A stretch of 63,998 nucleotides of DNA, filler included, from Sandaracinaceae bacterium (GTDB lineage: Bacteria; Myxococcota_A; Polyangia; Polyangiales; JADJQN01): NCBI GenBank assembly GCA_947483975.1. It is 6 parts of 6 records of this genome, joined end to end, with 100 filler letters (N's around TTAATTAATTAA, not from the genome) between each part and the next. Parts side by side here need not be neighbours in the genome. Positions count along the whole stretch, not along the records: positions 11,469 to 22,816 come from CANKOL010000146.1; positions 22,917 to 34,259 come from CANKOL010000147.1; 4 more parts are not named here. One strand, given 5' to 3'. The notes beneath the pieces are model-generated. The model was not told the origin of the DNA and ran no database searches. It was given only the letters and a program-made list of their open reading frames with translations. Each line of letters begins with the position of its first letter. Within the stretch, counting starts at the first letter, position 1. Below, in pieces: positions 17,830 to 28,917 of this stretch. Both the position numbers and the translations under genes were made by a program.

Positions 17830-20601
17830 TCAGAGTTCGTAGCCGAGTCCCACGGAGGCGCTCACGCCTTGGTCGTAGGCTTGGATGACGAAGCCGCCCT
17901 GCTCGAGCACGTAGTCGTCGTTGAGAATGTTGGAGACACTGCCCTTGAGCTTCAGGTGCGACCCGATCTCCCAAGTGAGCGCCACATCGAGGCTATGAAA
18001 GGGAGTCTGGTAGACGTCGGGGACCCCATTGCGCCCGACGTCGACGAGCCGACGCCCGAAGACGTTGTAGTAGAGTCTGACGTCGACGCCCGAGTCAGGT
18101 GGGGCAAAACCCAGTGACAGATTGGCGACGTAGGGAGACTGCGCTGCCATCGGCCGCTCGGCGCTCGTGGCCTGTCCCTGCTGAGCCGCGCTCAGCTGCA
18201 CTGCAGAGTCGATCAGCGAGACGTTTCCGCCGAGCGTGAACGAGCGCAGCGCGGGCGTGAGTCGACTCAGCGCCAGGCGCGCTTCGGCCTCGACGCCGAG
18301 GTTGCTGACGCCCAGCACGTTCTGAAAGGTGGTGCTGCCGTTCTCGTCGTAGATCACCGACTCGATCGCGTTCTGAAACGACTTGTAGAAGCCGGAGACC
18401 GCCACCACCTCGGAAGCGCTCGGGAACCACTCCCAGCGAAGATCGAGGTTGTCGATCAGCGCGCGCTTCAGGTCGGGATTGCCAAACACTGCCCTTCGGC
18501 GCACGAAATCCGGATAGACGAAGGGCGCCAGTTCGCGAATCTGCGGACGCGCGACGGCGCGCCCGTAGGCGAGGCGCACGAACATCGACTCGACCGGCTG
18601 CACGACCAGCGACGCGCTCGGCAGAGGGTCGACGTCGGTGCGCGCCCGAGAGACGGCGCTCTGGTCCGTGCTCTCGGCGAACGGGGACTGCGCGGAGATC
18701 GTCTGCCGAAAGCCCTCGACGCGGACACCCGCCACGACTCGCAGCCAGTCCGTCATGGGCCAGTCGGCCATCGCGTAGGCGGCGCTGAGGCTCTGCGTGG
18801 CGCGATAGCTGTCGGTCGCTTGCGTCGTCTCGACCAGCGTCGTCGCGACGCCGAGGTTCTCCGGCGAGAACAACACATCAGGCGGCAGCACCTGATACGC
18901 CGGCGACGACCCGCGCTGCACCTTGTAGCTGAACCGCCGCATGTCGAACGCCCGGTCGCCGTAGCGGACGAACGCCCCGAAGCGCGCGGACGCCGTTCCC
19001 ATCGGCATGGTCAGGTCAAACGAACCTCCGACGTCGCGCTGCGCGAGCGAGTTGAACAACCGCTCGCCGCTCCCGGCGCCAGGCACCCACGCCGGACCTC
19101 GCGGCTGCTGCTGATACTGCACATCGCGGGTGTCCGGCTCCGCACGGCCGCCGAGCGCGCCATTGACCTGCCACTTCAGCCGCGCGGCGGTCGAGAGCAG
19201 GTGTTGGTGATCGCCCGACAGCTGCCCAAAGAGCAGCGACCGCTGCACCCAGCGCAGTCGTCGAGAGTAGACGTCCGTGTCCTCGCCCTGCGAGTAGCCG
19301 CTGAGGAAGCCCGCGTAGTCATCGCCTGCTTGGCTCGCGAGCAGGGTGAGTCCGAGGGTGTGTCGGTCTGAGAGCTCCCACGACACCGCGCCGAGCGCGC
19401 CGAGCAGCGCCGACTCCTGCGTCGCCTCGCGGAAGAGGCGGTCGCCCTGGAGCGTCGGGTGCCCGCCCTGCAGGGCGACGCGATTCAGGGACTCGACGCT
19501 CCGCTGCGTCTCGTGCTGATAGCCGACGGTCAGGAAGTAGCCGAGACGCCCGCCGCCGACCGAGAACGAGTCGCCGACGTTGACTCCGAGCTTCAAGTTC
19601 GGCAGGGCGATCGTCCTGCCGAGCGCCCAGCTGCCCTGAAAACCGCGGGCGCGCTCGTTCACTTGCTCCTGCGTGAGCCCGCCGCTGGTCTGGGCGAGCC
19701 GCTGCGCCGCGGGCACCGTGCTCGGCAGCGCGCGCGTGCCGTCGTCCACTCCGAGGAAGTCCGTGTTGCCGCCCTCGGAGCCGAGCGCGCGGCGAAACGA
19801 GGTCTGGGAATTGTAGCCGAGCGAGAGATTCGTCCCGAGCGAGAAGCGCGACGGAAATTCGCGCGTCGTCAGGAGCAGAGTCCCGCCGGCGGCGTCGGCG
19901 GGGACGTCCGGCACGACCGTCTTGTAGATGGTCATGGCCGCGAGGACCGACGCCGGGAACAGGTCGAGCTGCACTCCCGGGACGTCAGGGTCCGTGCTCG
20001 GGATCTGGGCGCCGTTGAGGAGCACGCTCGTGTAGCGACCGCCGAGGCCGCGCACGAACAGATACTGACCGCCGACGACGGTCGCGCCCACGACGCGGCG
20101 CGCGGCGTCGCCCGCGGTCGAGTCGGGGCTGCGCGCGATCTCCTGCGCGCTCACTCCATCGCTGACCGACGAGCTCTGCCTGCGCAGCTCGAGCTGCGTC
20201 GCCTCGGTCGCGCGATCCGCGCGCGCCGTGACGACGACCTCGGCGAGCGTGTCGGTGTCGGGCGTGAGCGCGACGTTGACCGTGGTGCGCTGACCGCGCT
20301 CGACGACGACCTCGGAGACGCGCGCGGTCTGAAAGAGGTCGTAAGTGACGCGCAGCGAATACGTCCCTGGAGGCAGATCGACGGAGTAGTTGCCGTCGTA
20401 ATCGGTGAAGACGCGGCGCGCGCCGACGACCTGCACGACCCCTTCGATGATGGTCTCGCCCGTGGTCGCGTCCTTGACGACGCCGTCGATTCCGCTGTGC
20501 GGCGCGGCCTGAGCCGACGCCGAGGTCGCGCCTCCGAGCGCGGCGAACACACACATTCCCAGAGCGAGCGCGAATACGCGCTCGACACGATGCAGCAGCA
20601 T
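17830..20601 (-). CDS. TonB-dependent receptor with N-terminal carboxypeptidase-regulatory-like domain
   Basis: Signal peptide, TDYDGNY, EVVVTA TonB box, VRGLGGRY plug, GNPDL, terminal beta strand VGLGYEL. Confidence 0.93.
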   Translation of the reverse strand: MLLHRVERVFALALGMCVFAALGGATSASAQAAPHSGIDGVVKDATTGETIIEGVVQVVGARRVFTDYDGNYSVDLPPGTYSLRVTYDLFQTARVSEVVVERGQRTTVNVALTPDTDTLAEVVVTARADRATEATQLELRRQSSSVSDGVSAQEIARSPDSTAGDAARRVVGATVVGGQYLFVRGLGGRYTSVLLNGAQIPSTDPDVPGVQLDLFPASVLAAMTIYKTVVPDVPADAAGGTLLLTTREFPSRFSLGTNLSLGYNSQTSFRRALGSEGGNTDFLGVDDGTRALPSTVPAAQRLAQTSGGLTQEQVNERARGFQGSWALGRTIALPNLKLGVNVGDSFSVGGGRLGYFLTVGYQHETQRSVESLNRVALQGGHPTLQGDRLFREATQESALLGALGAVSWELSDRHTLGLTLLASQAGDDYAGFLSGYSQGEDTDVYSRRLRWVQRSLLFGQLSGDHQHLLSTAARLKWQVNGALGGRAEPDTRDVQYQQQPRGPAWVPGAGSGERLFNSLAQRDVGGSFDLTMPMGTASARFGAFVRYGDRAFDMRRFSYKVQRGSSPAYQVLPPDVLFSPENLGVATTLVETTQATDSYRATQSLSAAYAMADWPMTDWLRVVAGVRVEGFRQTISAQSPFAESTDQSAVSRARTDVDPLPSASLVVQPVESMFVRLAYGRAVARPQIRELAPFVYPDFVRRRAVFGNPDLKRALIDNLDLRWEWFPSASEVVAVSGFYKSFQNAIESVIYDENGSTTFQNVLGVSNLGVEAEARLALSRLTPALRSFTLGGNVSLIDSAVQLSAAQQGQATSAERPMAAQSPYVANLSLGFAPPDSGVDVRLYYNVFGRRLVDVGRNGVPDVYQTPFHSLDVALTWEIGSHLKLKGSVSNILNDDYVLEQGGFVIQAYDQGVSASVGLGYEL

Positions 20602-20660
20602 GGATGAACCCCTTCGTCCTCGAGACGAGTGAAGCGAAACGAGCGTCGGTAAGAGAGCGT

Positions 20661-20706
20661 CGTCGGTGGGCGAGCCGCGTCAGTGGGCGGGGCGCGTCAG
20701 TGGGCG
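20661..20706. repeat. 17-bp-period degenerate tandem repeat containing the exbD stop codon
   Basis: CGTC(G/A)GTGGGCG at 20661, 20678, 20695. Confidence 0.6.
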
Positions 20707-21137
20707 ACGGCCGCGAGGGCGCTCGTCGCGACGGCGATCGTGGTCGCGCCGCCGCCGCGCGCCTCGTCGAGCACCTCTATCGCGCGCTCGAAGGGCGCGT
20801 CGTCGGCGGCGTCGAAGAAGATCGTACGGTCGCCCTTCGCGGCGAGGATGCGGCGGAGTCGCGGGCGCAGCTCAGAGAGCTGCACTTCGTCGCGATTGAT
20901 GCGAATCGCGCCGCTCGCGTCCACCGACACGACCACCGAGCGGTCTTCGCTCGGGGGTGGCTGGGGAGCGTGGGTATCCGGCTTGAGTGGGAGAAATATC
21001 CAGAACTGCTTCGAGAGCAGCGGCGTGATGACCATGAAGATGATCAGGAGCACGAGCACGACGTCTACGAGGGGCGTGACGTTCATCTCCGGGCGCGCGC
21101 CCTTCTTCTTGCCCTTGCCGCCGAGGTCCATCGCCAT
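20697..21137 (-). CDS. exbD: ExbD/TolR family protein
   Basis: MNVTPLVDVVLVLLIIFMV. Confidence 0.92.
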   Translation of the reverse strand: MAMDLGGKGKKKGARPEMNVTPLVDVVLVLLIIFMVITPLLSKQFWIFLPLKPDTHAPQPPPSEDRSVVVSVDASGAIRINRDEVQLSELRPRLRRILAAKGDRTIFFDAADDAPFERAIEVLDEARGGGATTIAVATSALAAVAH

Positions 21138-21161
21138 GGGGTATTTGCCTTCGTCTCGGAG

Positions 21162-21629
21162 TCAGCGCGCGTCGGCGTGCGGGGCAGAGTGGGTGTGACC
21201 ACCGCCACGCTCGTTGACTTGCAGAGAGATGCCAGGAAAGCCGACATCCTGAAGCAGCGTGTAGAGCGTGCGCGCGTCCTGATACCGCACGCCGCGGTCG
21301 GCGCGCAGGACGATGCGACGCATCACGTCGGACTCGTGCTCGCTGCGTAGCCGCGATTCGAGCGCCTCGGCGGCGAGGGGTTCCTTCTCGAGGAACAACT
21401 GCCCATCCGCTTGGAGCGAGAGCGTCAGCGGGTCGACGCGCCCGTGGACCTCCGCGTCGACGTTGAGGATGCTGGGGAGCTCGATGTGCGCGCTGCCGTC
21501 CATGGCCGGGATCACGACCATGAAGATGATCAACAGCACGAGCACGACGTCCACGAGCGGAGTGACGTTCATCGTCGGGACCGCGCGCTTGCCCGAGCGC
21601 TGCTCGCGTCGACTGAGTGCCTTGGCCAT
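21162..21629 (-). CDS. exbD: ExbD/TolR family protein
   Basis: MNVTPLVDVVLVLLIIFMV, LRADRGV.Y. Confidence 0.92.
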   Translation of the reverse strand: MAKALSRREQRSGKRAVPTMNVTPLVDVVLVLLIIFMVVIPAMDGSAHIELPSILNVDAEVHGRVDPLTLSLQADGQLFLEKEPLAAEALESRLRSEHESDVMRRIVLRADRGVRYQDARTLYTLLQDVGFPGISLQVNERGGGHTHSAPHADAR

Positions 21630-21652
21630 GGTGCGGAGTTCCTTCGCGCGCG

Positions 21653-22417
21653 TCAGTTGGCGGCGGCGTCGGCGAGGTGCGCGAGCTTCGAGGGGTGGTG
21701 CGCGAGGTGCTCGCCGCTGACGTCGTCGTCGCCATCGAGCGAGTCGTCAGCGGAGAGGTCCGGCGACTCGAGCCGATCGATCAGCTCGCCTGCTGCGTTT
21801 TGCAGGGCCATCTCCTCGTGGTTGATGCGCCCGCTCACCCAGTTGAAGAGCAGCACGGTGGGGATCGCGACGCAGAGCCCATAGCCCGTGACGATCAGGG
21901 CCTCGCCGATGGCGGCGCCGATGGTGCCGAGTCCGCCCGAGCCGTTGGCCGCGATCAGCTTGAAGGCGTTGATGATGCCGAGCACCGTGCCGAGCAGGCC
22001 GACGAACGGCGCGGTCGAGCCGGTCGACGCGAGCACGCCCATGCCGCGGTTGAGGTCGGCCGCGATGCGCTCGTTCTTGCGCTCGAGGGCGCGGCGGGCG
22101 AGCTCGAGCGACTTCTCGTTGGAGCCGCCCTTGCGGAGCTTCTCGAAGTAGGTGCTGAGCCCGGTGTAGACGAGCGCGGCGAGGTAGCTACCGTCGGTCT
22201 TCGAGGCGAGGGCGAGCAGCCCTACATCGTCGTTCTTGGCCGCGAGCGGGGCCGCCTTGGCGCTGAACGCGCGCGACTTGGAGCCGTTTCTGTACATGGC
22301 AATCAGGCGATCGATCGCGACGCCGAGGCTGCCGATCGCCTGCAGCGTCAGCACGAAGGCGACCATGCGGACGGGCAGGCCCATCTTGCCCCAGAGTTCG
22401 AGAAGATTGATTTGCAT
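21653..22417 (-). CDS. exbB: ExbB/TolQ/MotA proton channel
   Basis: STAPFVGLLGTV, IGEALIVTGYGL. Confidence 0.92.
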   Translation of the reverse strand: MQINLLELWGKMGLPVRMVAFVLTLQAIGSLGVAIDRLIAMYRNGSKSRAFSAKAAPLAAKNDDVGLLALASKTDGSYLAALVYTGLSTYFEKLRKGGSNEKSLELARRALERKNERIAADLNRGMGVLASTGSTAPFVGLLGTVLGIINAFKLIAANGSGGLGTIGAAIGEALIVTGYGLCVAIPTVLLFNWVSGRINHEEMALQNAAGELIDRLESPDLSADDSLDGDDDVSGEHLAHHPSKLAHLADAAAN

Positions 22418-22496
22418 CGGCGTAGGTCTCTTTCGAGTCGTGAGAGGCGGAGTGCGGAGGGCGATGAGTGGGAGTCGACGAGTCGAGGCGAGTGGC

Positions 22497-22816
22497 TCAC
22501 TCGACCTGAAAGCGAATCGGCAGGACCTTGAACACGGCGATCGGCTCGCCGCTCGGGAGGCGCGCAGGCGCAAAGCGCCAGCCGCGGACGACGCGCAGCA
22601 CCGTGTCGTCGAAGAGCGGATTGCCGCGCAGGATCTCGGCGCTGAGCACGCGGCCGTCCTCGCCGATCCCGAGCTTGACGACGATGGTCGCGCGCACCGC
22701 CTGAGTCCGCGCCTCCTCGGGATACGGGACTGCGGCGTTGGACGAGAGCGGCGTCGGCTGCGAGGCGTTCTCTGGCTGCTGCACGGGCGTGTGCGAGCGC
22801 GCCGGGGGCGGGGGAG
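22497..22816 (-). CDS. tonB: TonB C-terminal domain (partial gene)
   Basis: PYPEEAR, GEDGRV, WRFAPA, LPIRF; truncated at linker. Confidence 0.85.
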
Positions 22817-22916
22817 NNNNNNNNNNNNNNNNNNNNNNNNNNNNNNNNNNNNNNNNNNNNTTAATTAATTAANNNNNNNNNNNNNNNNNNNNNNNNNNNN
22901 NNNNNNNNNNNNNNNN
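22817..22916. other. Artificial contig linker
   Basis: N/TTAATTAATTAA/N spacer. Confidence 0.99.
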
Positions 22917-24121
<1,205 letters not shown>

Positions 24122-24212
24122 AACGGGCGAATTCACGGCGCTTTCTCGCACGCCCTGGACGAAGTTCAAGGCGGCGCGCATGAGAGGGCCCGTGCGAAGA
24201 GGTTCCAACGAC

Positions 24213-24713
24213 ATGCCCCCCACAGCGCTTCTTCCCGACAAAGCAGCAGTTCGCGCTCACTTGCTCGAGGCGCTCGAGCGGGCCCTCGCCGCGATGACGC
24301 ACTCCGCCGAGCAGACCCGCTCGGGCGTCGTGCACGCCGACGCCCGCGCCGAGGGCGACAAGGATATGCGCTCGACCGAGCAGAGCTACCTCGCGCGCGG
24401 TCAGGCGATGCGCGCCGAGGACCTCGGCGAGCAGGCGCAGCGCTTCGCGACGACGCCCCTCGTGCGCTTCGCTGAGCACGACGCGATCGCCCCGGGCGCG
24501 CTCGTGCAGGCGCTCGTCGGCAGCGAGCGGCGCGTTTTCTACCTGGTGATGCAGGGCGGCGGCATCGAACTGACCGTCGGCGGCGTCAAGGTCACCGTCG
24601 TCACGCCCGCGTCCCCTGTGGGTCGCGCGCTGCTCGGGGCGCACGTCGGCGACGAGCTCGAGCTCCCGGGGCGAGGCGGCACGCGCGCGTGGGAGATCGA
24701 GGCGATCACCTGA
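24213..24713 (+). CDS. GreA/GreB C-terminal family elongation factor
   Basis: [22 protein letters not shown]. Confidence 0.8.
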   Translation: MPPTALLPDKAAVRAHLLEALERALAAMTHSAEQTRSGVVHADARAEGDKDMRSTEQSYLARGQAMRAEDLGEQAQRFATTPLVRFAEHDAIAPGALVQALVGSERRVFYLVMQGGGIELTVGGVKVTVVTPASPVGRALLGAHVGDELELPGRGGTRAWEIEAIT

Positions 24714-24730
24714 CGACCCACGGTTCCGCG

Positions 24731-24760
24731 TTGACACCTCCGAAAATCGGCGGCTATGCT
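24731..24760 (+). promoter_or_regulatory. Sigma70-type promoter
   Basis: TTGACA-N18-TATGCT about 155 nt upstream of the DUF4234 gene, which has an AAGGAG RBS. Confidence 0.55.
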
Positions 24761-24915
24761 CCGCCCGAACGCTGGCCGCGCGCTCGTGCGCGGGACGGGG
24801 AAGTTCCGGGCCGCACTGCCGTAAGAAGCGGCGGCGCAGGGAAGCGGCGCAGACAGCCTCGCAGAGGCTCTGAGCAGCAGCTTTCGATTTTAGGCACTCG
24901 ACAAGGAGAAAAGCG

Positions 24916-25278
24916 ATGAAGGGCGAAGTTCGCGCACCGATGACCGTATGGCTGCTCTCGATGTTCACCTGCGGCCTGTACGGCCTGTACTTCACGTACA
25001 TCGCCTCGCAGGAGCTCAAGAACTACCTCGGCAAGGAAGACGTCAATCCCGTGATGATCACGGCGATCTCGTACTTCACCTGCATGTTCTGGGGCCCCTT
25101 CCAGATCGGCAAGCTGATCATGGAGGCGCAGCAGCGCGCCGGCGTCCCGAACCCCGCGGACAAGGGCGTCGTCGCTTGGGCGCTCAACACGTTCCTCTGC
25201 GGCTTCGGCAACAAGATGCTCCAGGAGGAGCTGAACAAGGTCTGGGAAGCGGGCGGCGGCGCCCCGGCGACGTTCTGA
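24916..25278 (+). CDS. DUF4234-like membrane protein
   Basis: LLSMFTCGLYGLY..SQEL, C-terminal LQEELNKVW; strong RBS. Confidence 0.8.
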   Translation: MKGEVRAPMTVWLLSMFTCGLYGLYFTYIASQELKNYLGKEDVNPVMITAISYFTCMFWGPFQIGKLIMEAQQRAGVPNPADKGVVAWALNTFLCGFGNKMLQEELNKVWEAGGGAPATF

Positions 25279-25308
25279 TCGACGTCTGCTCCTAGCTCTG
25301 TTTCTCTG

Positions 25309-25911
25309 ATGTCTTCGACGCCCGAGCCTGGTGCAACAACGCACGGCCCGGGCGTCGTCGTTCCGTCCCCTGAGATCGCTGCGCCCAGCCTGCCGACGAG
25401 CAACGAGCCTCCGGCCATGGTGCCGCCGCCCGTCGCACCGCCGACCCCCGCGACGCGCGCCGAGGACGCGCCGCTGCGCGTGAAGCTGAAGCGCCTCGGC
25501 GCCGCGCTCGTGCCGCTGCTCGCGCTCGCGGCTGGCCTCTGGTCGGGCCTCGCCTCGTGCCCGAACCGCGCGCTCACCGGCATCCCATGCCCCGGCTGCG
25601 GCCTCACCCGCGCGACGATGGCGCTGCTCCAGGGGCACCTCGCGGAGGCGCTGCACTGGCATCCGCTCGTCTTCCTGATGCTGCCGCTCGTCTGCTTCCT
25701 GATCCTCCGCTCGATGCTCGCGGGCGCAGGCCTGATCTCGTCCTCGGCCTGGCAGGTGCGCGTGCCGAACTGGGCGTTCGCCGCCTTCGCCGTGCTCGTG
25801 ATGGGCGTCTGGATCGCGCGGCTCGCGGGCTACCTCGGCGGGCCGAGCGACCCCGTCGACCTGCGCCTCTCGATCTTCGGCCGCGCGCTGACGTTCCTCG
25901 GCGTCCTCTGA
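25309..25911 (+). CDS. DUF2752 family membrane protein
   Basis: CPNRALTGIPCPGCGLTRA...HPL. Confidence 0.85.
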   Translation: MSSTPEPGATTHGPGVVVPSPEIAAPSLPTSNEPPAMVPPPVAPPTPATRAEDAPLRVKLKRLGAALVPLLALAAGLWSGLASCPNRALTGIPCPGCGLTRATMALLQGHLAEALHWHPLVFLMLPLVCFLILRSMLAGAGLISSSAWQVRVPNWAFAAFAVLVMGVWIARLAGYLGGPSDPVDLRLSIFGRALTFLGVL

Positions 25912-25960
25912 GCGTGGCCTCAGAGCGGCAGTTGGCCGCGCTTCGGAGGTCGAGCGCGCC

Positions 25961-26264
25961 TGCGGCGCAGGCCAAAGACGTTCTTTGCGAACGCGAAACG
26001 GCTGCGGCGCAGGCCAAAAACGTTCTTTGCGAACGCGAAACGGCTGCGGCGCAGGCCAAAGACGTTCTTTGCGAACGCGAAACGGCTGCGGCGCAGGCCA
26101 AAAACGTTCTTTACGAACGCGAAACGGCTGCGGCGCAGGCCAAAAACGTTCTTTGCGAACGCGAAACGGCTGCGGCGCAGGCCAAAAACGTTCTTTACGA
26201 ACGCGAAACGGCTGCGGCGCAGGCCAAAAACGTTCTTTACGAACGCGAAACGGCTGCGGCGCAG
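25961..26264. repeat. 42-bp tandem repeat, 7 full copies + 10 bp
   Basis: Unit TGCGGCGCAGGCCAAA(G/A)ACGTTCTTT(G/A)CGAACGCGAAACGGC; no spacers. Confidence 0.97.
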
Positions 26265-26298
26265 CCGGGCGCGCCGGTGCAGCGCCTCAGCGCCTGGC

Positions 26299-27954
26299 TC
26301 AGAGCGGCAGGTTGCCGTGCTTCTTCGGCGGGTTCTGGTCCCGCTTGTCGCGCAGCATCTCGAGCGACTGGATCACGCGCGTGCGCGTCTGCCGCGGGTA
26401 GATGACCTCGTCGATGACGCCGAGCTCCGCCGCCTTGAACGGGTTGGCGAACTTGCGCCGGTACTCGTCGACGAACTTCGCCTTCGTCGCGACCTTGTCC
26501 TCGGCCGCGTCGATCTCCTTGCGATAGACGATGTTGACCGCGCCGTCGGGGCCCATCACGGCGATCTCCGCCGTCGGATACGCGAGGTTCATGTCGCCGC
26601 GGAGCTGCTTGCTCGACATGACGACGTAGGCGCCGCCGTATGACTTGCGCGTGATGATCGTGACCTTCGGGACGGTCGCCTCGCAGTACGCGTAGAGCAG
26701 CTTCGCGCCGTGCTTGATGATGCCGCCCGCCTCTTGATCGACGCCCGGCAAGAACCCCGGCACGTCGACGAAGGACACGATCGGGATGTTGAAGCAGTCG
26801 CAGAAACGCACGAAGCGCGCCGCCTTCATCGACGCCTGGATGTCGAGGCAGCCCGCGAGGACCATCGGCTGGTTGGCGACGATGCCGACCGTCCGCCCGC
26901 CCATGCGCGCGAAGCCGATGACCATGTTCATCGCGTGCGACGCCTGCACCTCGAAGAAGTCCGCGTCATCGACGACGCGCGCGATCAGCGTCTTGACGTC
27001 GTACGCCTTCATCGGGTCCGTCGGCACGAGCGTGTCGAGCTCAGCGTCTTCGCGGTTGCTCGGATCGCTCGTCTCGCGGACGGGCGGGTCCTCGTGGTTG
27101 TTCGCCGGCAAGAACGACATCAGCTCGCGGATCGTCGCGAGGCACTGCGCGTCGTCGGGCGAGGCGAAGTGCGCGCAGCCGCTCTTGACCGCGTGCGCGC
27201 TCGCGCCGCCGAGCTCCTCCTTCGTCACGTCCTCGTGCGTCACCGTCTTGATGACGTCCGGCCCCGTGATGAACATGTACGAGGTGCCCTCGACCATGAA
27301 GACGAAGTCCGTGATCGCCGGTGAGTAGACCGCGCCGCCCGCGCAGGGCCCCATGATCGCGCTGATCTGCGGTACGACGCCTGACGCGAGCGTGTTGCGC
27401 AGGAAGACCTCGCCGTAGCCCGCGAGCGACTCGACGCCCTCTTGGATGCGCGCGCCGCCGGAGTCGTTGAGCCCGATGATCGGCGCGCCCGTGCGCATCG
27501 CGAGGTCCATGATCTTGACGACCTTGCTCGCGTACGCGCGCGAGAGGCTGCCGCCGAAGACCGTGAAATCCTGCGCGAACACGAACACCCGCCGCCCGTC
27601 GATCGTGCCGTAGCCCGTGACGACGCCGTCGCCGGGGACCTTCTGCTGCTCCATGCCGAAGTCGGTGCAGCGGTGCACGACGAGCCGATCGAGCTCGACG
27701 AAGCTGCCCGGGTCGAGCAGCAGATCGAGGCGCTCGCGCGCGGTCAGCTTGCCGGCCTCGTGGTGCTTGTCGATGCGGTCTTTGCCGCCGCCGGCGAGCG
27801 CGCGGCGGTTGAGCGCGTCGAGGTGCGCGATCGGGTCCATCGCGGGCGGGATCGTCGTGCCGGCCTGCCGCTTCTCCGCGGGCTGCGACTCGGCGGGCTG
27901 CGACTCTGTGGGCTGCGACGCGGCGGGCGGCTTGGGGCCGTTCTGTGGAAGCAT
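26299..27954 (-). CDS. pccB: Acyl-CoA (propionyl/methylmalonyl-CoA) carboxyltransferase beta subunit
   Basis: [46 protein letters not shown]. Confidence 0.93.
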   Translation of the reverse strand: MLPQNGPKPPAASQPTESQPAESQPAEKRQAGTTIPPAMDPIAHLDALNRRALAGGGKDRIDKHHEAGKLTARERLDLLLDPGSFVELDRLVVHRCTDFGMEQQKVPGDGVVTGYGTIDGRRVFVFAQDFTVFGGSLSRAYASKVVKIMDLAMRTGAPIIGLNDSGGARIQEGVESLAGYGEVFLRNTLASGVVPQISAIMGPCAGGAVYSPAITDFVFMVEGTSYMFITGPDVIKTVTHEDVTKEELGGASAHAVKSGCAHFASPDDAQCLATIRELMSFLPANNHEDPPVRETSDPSNREDAELDTLVPTDPMKAYDVKTLIARVVDDADFFEVQASHAMNMVIGFARMGGRTVGIVANQPMVLAGCLDIQASMKAARFVRFCDCFNIPIVSFVDVPGFLPGVDQEAGGIIKHGAKLLYAYCEATVPKVTIITRKSYGGAYVVMSSKQLRGDMNLAYPTAEIAVMGPDGAVNIVYRKEIDAAEDKVATKAKFVDEYRRKFANPFKAAELGVIDEVIYPRQTRTRVIQSLEMLRDKRDQNPPKKHGNLPL

Positions 27955-28006
27955 GGCGTGCGAGAGATATCTGGTCCGCGCGCGTTCCGCGAGCGCTCTC
28001 TGCGCC

Positions 28007-28050
28007 CAAAACGACGAAGGCCCCGCCCGGTTGATCGGGCGAGGCCTCCG
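28007..28050 (-). terminator. Rho-independent terminator after the lipoprotein gene
   Basis: Minus strand CGGAGGCCTCGCCCG-loop-CGGGCGGGGCCTTCG followed by TCGTTTT. Confidence 0.6.
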
Positions 28051-28079
28051 CGAGGACGTTTCCGTCCGCGAGGCGTGAG

Positions 28080-28736
28080 TCAGTTCGGGGTCGCGGTCGC
28101 CAGGCTGTCGGTCGTCACGCCGGGCATCTCGGTGAACGCGAGGCGGTAGTCGGAGCGCTCGCCCTGGTGGTAGCTGCCGAGCCAGACCTTGTAGACGCCC
28201 GGCGCCCACGCCTGGTTGGCGATGATCGGGTCGGTCGCAGGTGGCGCCGCGTCGTCGTTGCAGACGTACGTGCCGTCGGGGCGCTGGACGACGAGGGTGA
28301 TGTCCTGCGTCGAGTGAGCGAGGATGCGGAACCGCGCATCGAAAGCGGTCTGCGCGACGAAGATGTGGTCGGGCTTGCTGGCGAAGATCCAGCCCTTGCA
28401 GTCCGTGTTGGTGGTCAGCGTCGAGATATCGACTGCGCCGCCCGATTGGCCCTGCGCGACCTTCGGGTCGGGCAGGAAGCCACTCGAGAGCGCGATCGTG
28501 CCGTAGCTCGAGTCGCCGACCGCGCCGGGCTGCACGACCTGTGCGCCGGGCACTGGCATATTGGGCATGTTGGGCATCCCGGGGACCGGCGCGCCGGGCA
28601 CGGGGACCGCGGGGACGGGCATCCCGGGCACGGCGGGAACCGGCGGGGTGGGCGTGCCGCTGCTGCCGCACGCGAGGACACCGGCGAGCACGAGTGCTCC
28701 GAATACGATCGTGAGTAGCTTCTCCGTCTTGAGCAT
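28080..28736 (-). CDS. Lipoprotein with Pro-rich linker and pre-peptidase (PPC)-like domain
   Basis: VLA-C lipobox, PVPG repeats, [26 protein letters not shown]. Confidence 0.75.
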   Translation of the reverse strand: MLKTEKLLTIVFGALVLAGVLACGSSGTPTPPVPAVPGMPVPAVPVPGAPVPGMPNMPNMPVPGAQVVQPGAVGDSSYGTIALSSGFLPDPKVAQGQSGGAVDISTLTTNTDCKGWIFASKPDHIFVAQTAFDARFRILAHSTQDITLVVQRPDGTYVCNDDAAPPATDPIIANQAWAPGVYKVWLGSYHQGERSDYRLAFTEMPGVTTDSLATATPN

Positions 28737-28917
28737 CGTCGTTCTCTCCTCTGGCGTGCGAAATCGTGGTCTACAGACAGCGAGCCAATGTGCGGGCCTG
28801 CGGCCCCCCTTTGCTCGCGAGGCGAGCCGCGCGTGCGCGACTCTTGCCCCTCGAGCTCCCCGGCCCGACCTCGCTCTCTACGAGCGCACGGGCCACGACC
28901 TTCCCTCGTCGCCGCTC

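Noticed and set aside
20697..22816. AglRQS gliding motor
   Set aside because: Directly linked to tonB and a TonB-dependent receptor, which favours an ExbBD uptake energiser
24770..24900. Cobalamin riboswitch
   Set aside because: GGGAAG and GCACTG occur, but the B12 box and expected spacing are missing, and the downstream genes are unrelated to B12
25961..26264. CRISPR array
   Set aside because: Units are head-to-tail with no unique spacers, and there are no cas genes; the same applies to the 34-bp array at 46148
25557..26405. Repeat protein (AAAQAKNVLCERET)n encoded by the 42-bp array
   Set aside because: The ORF overlaps the DUF2752 gene out of frame and pccB antisense; open frames are expected from a stop-free unit whose length is a multiple of 3
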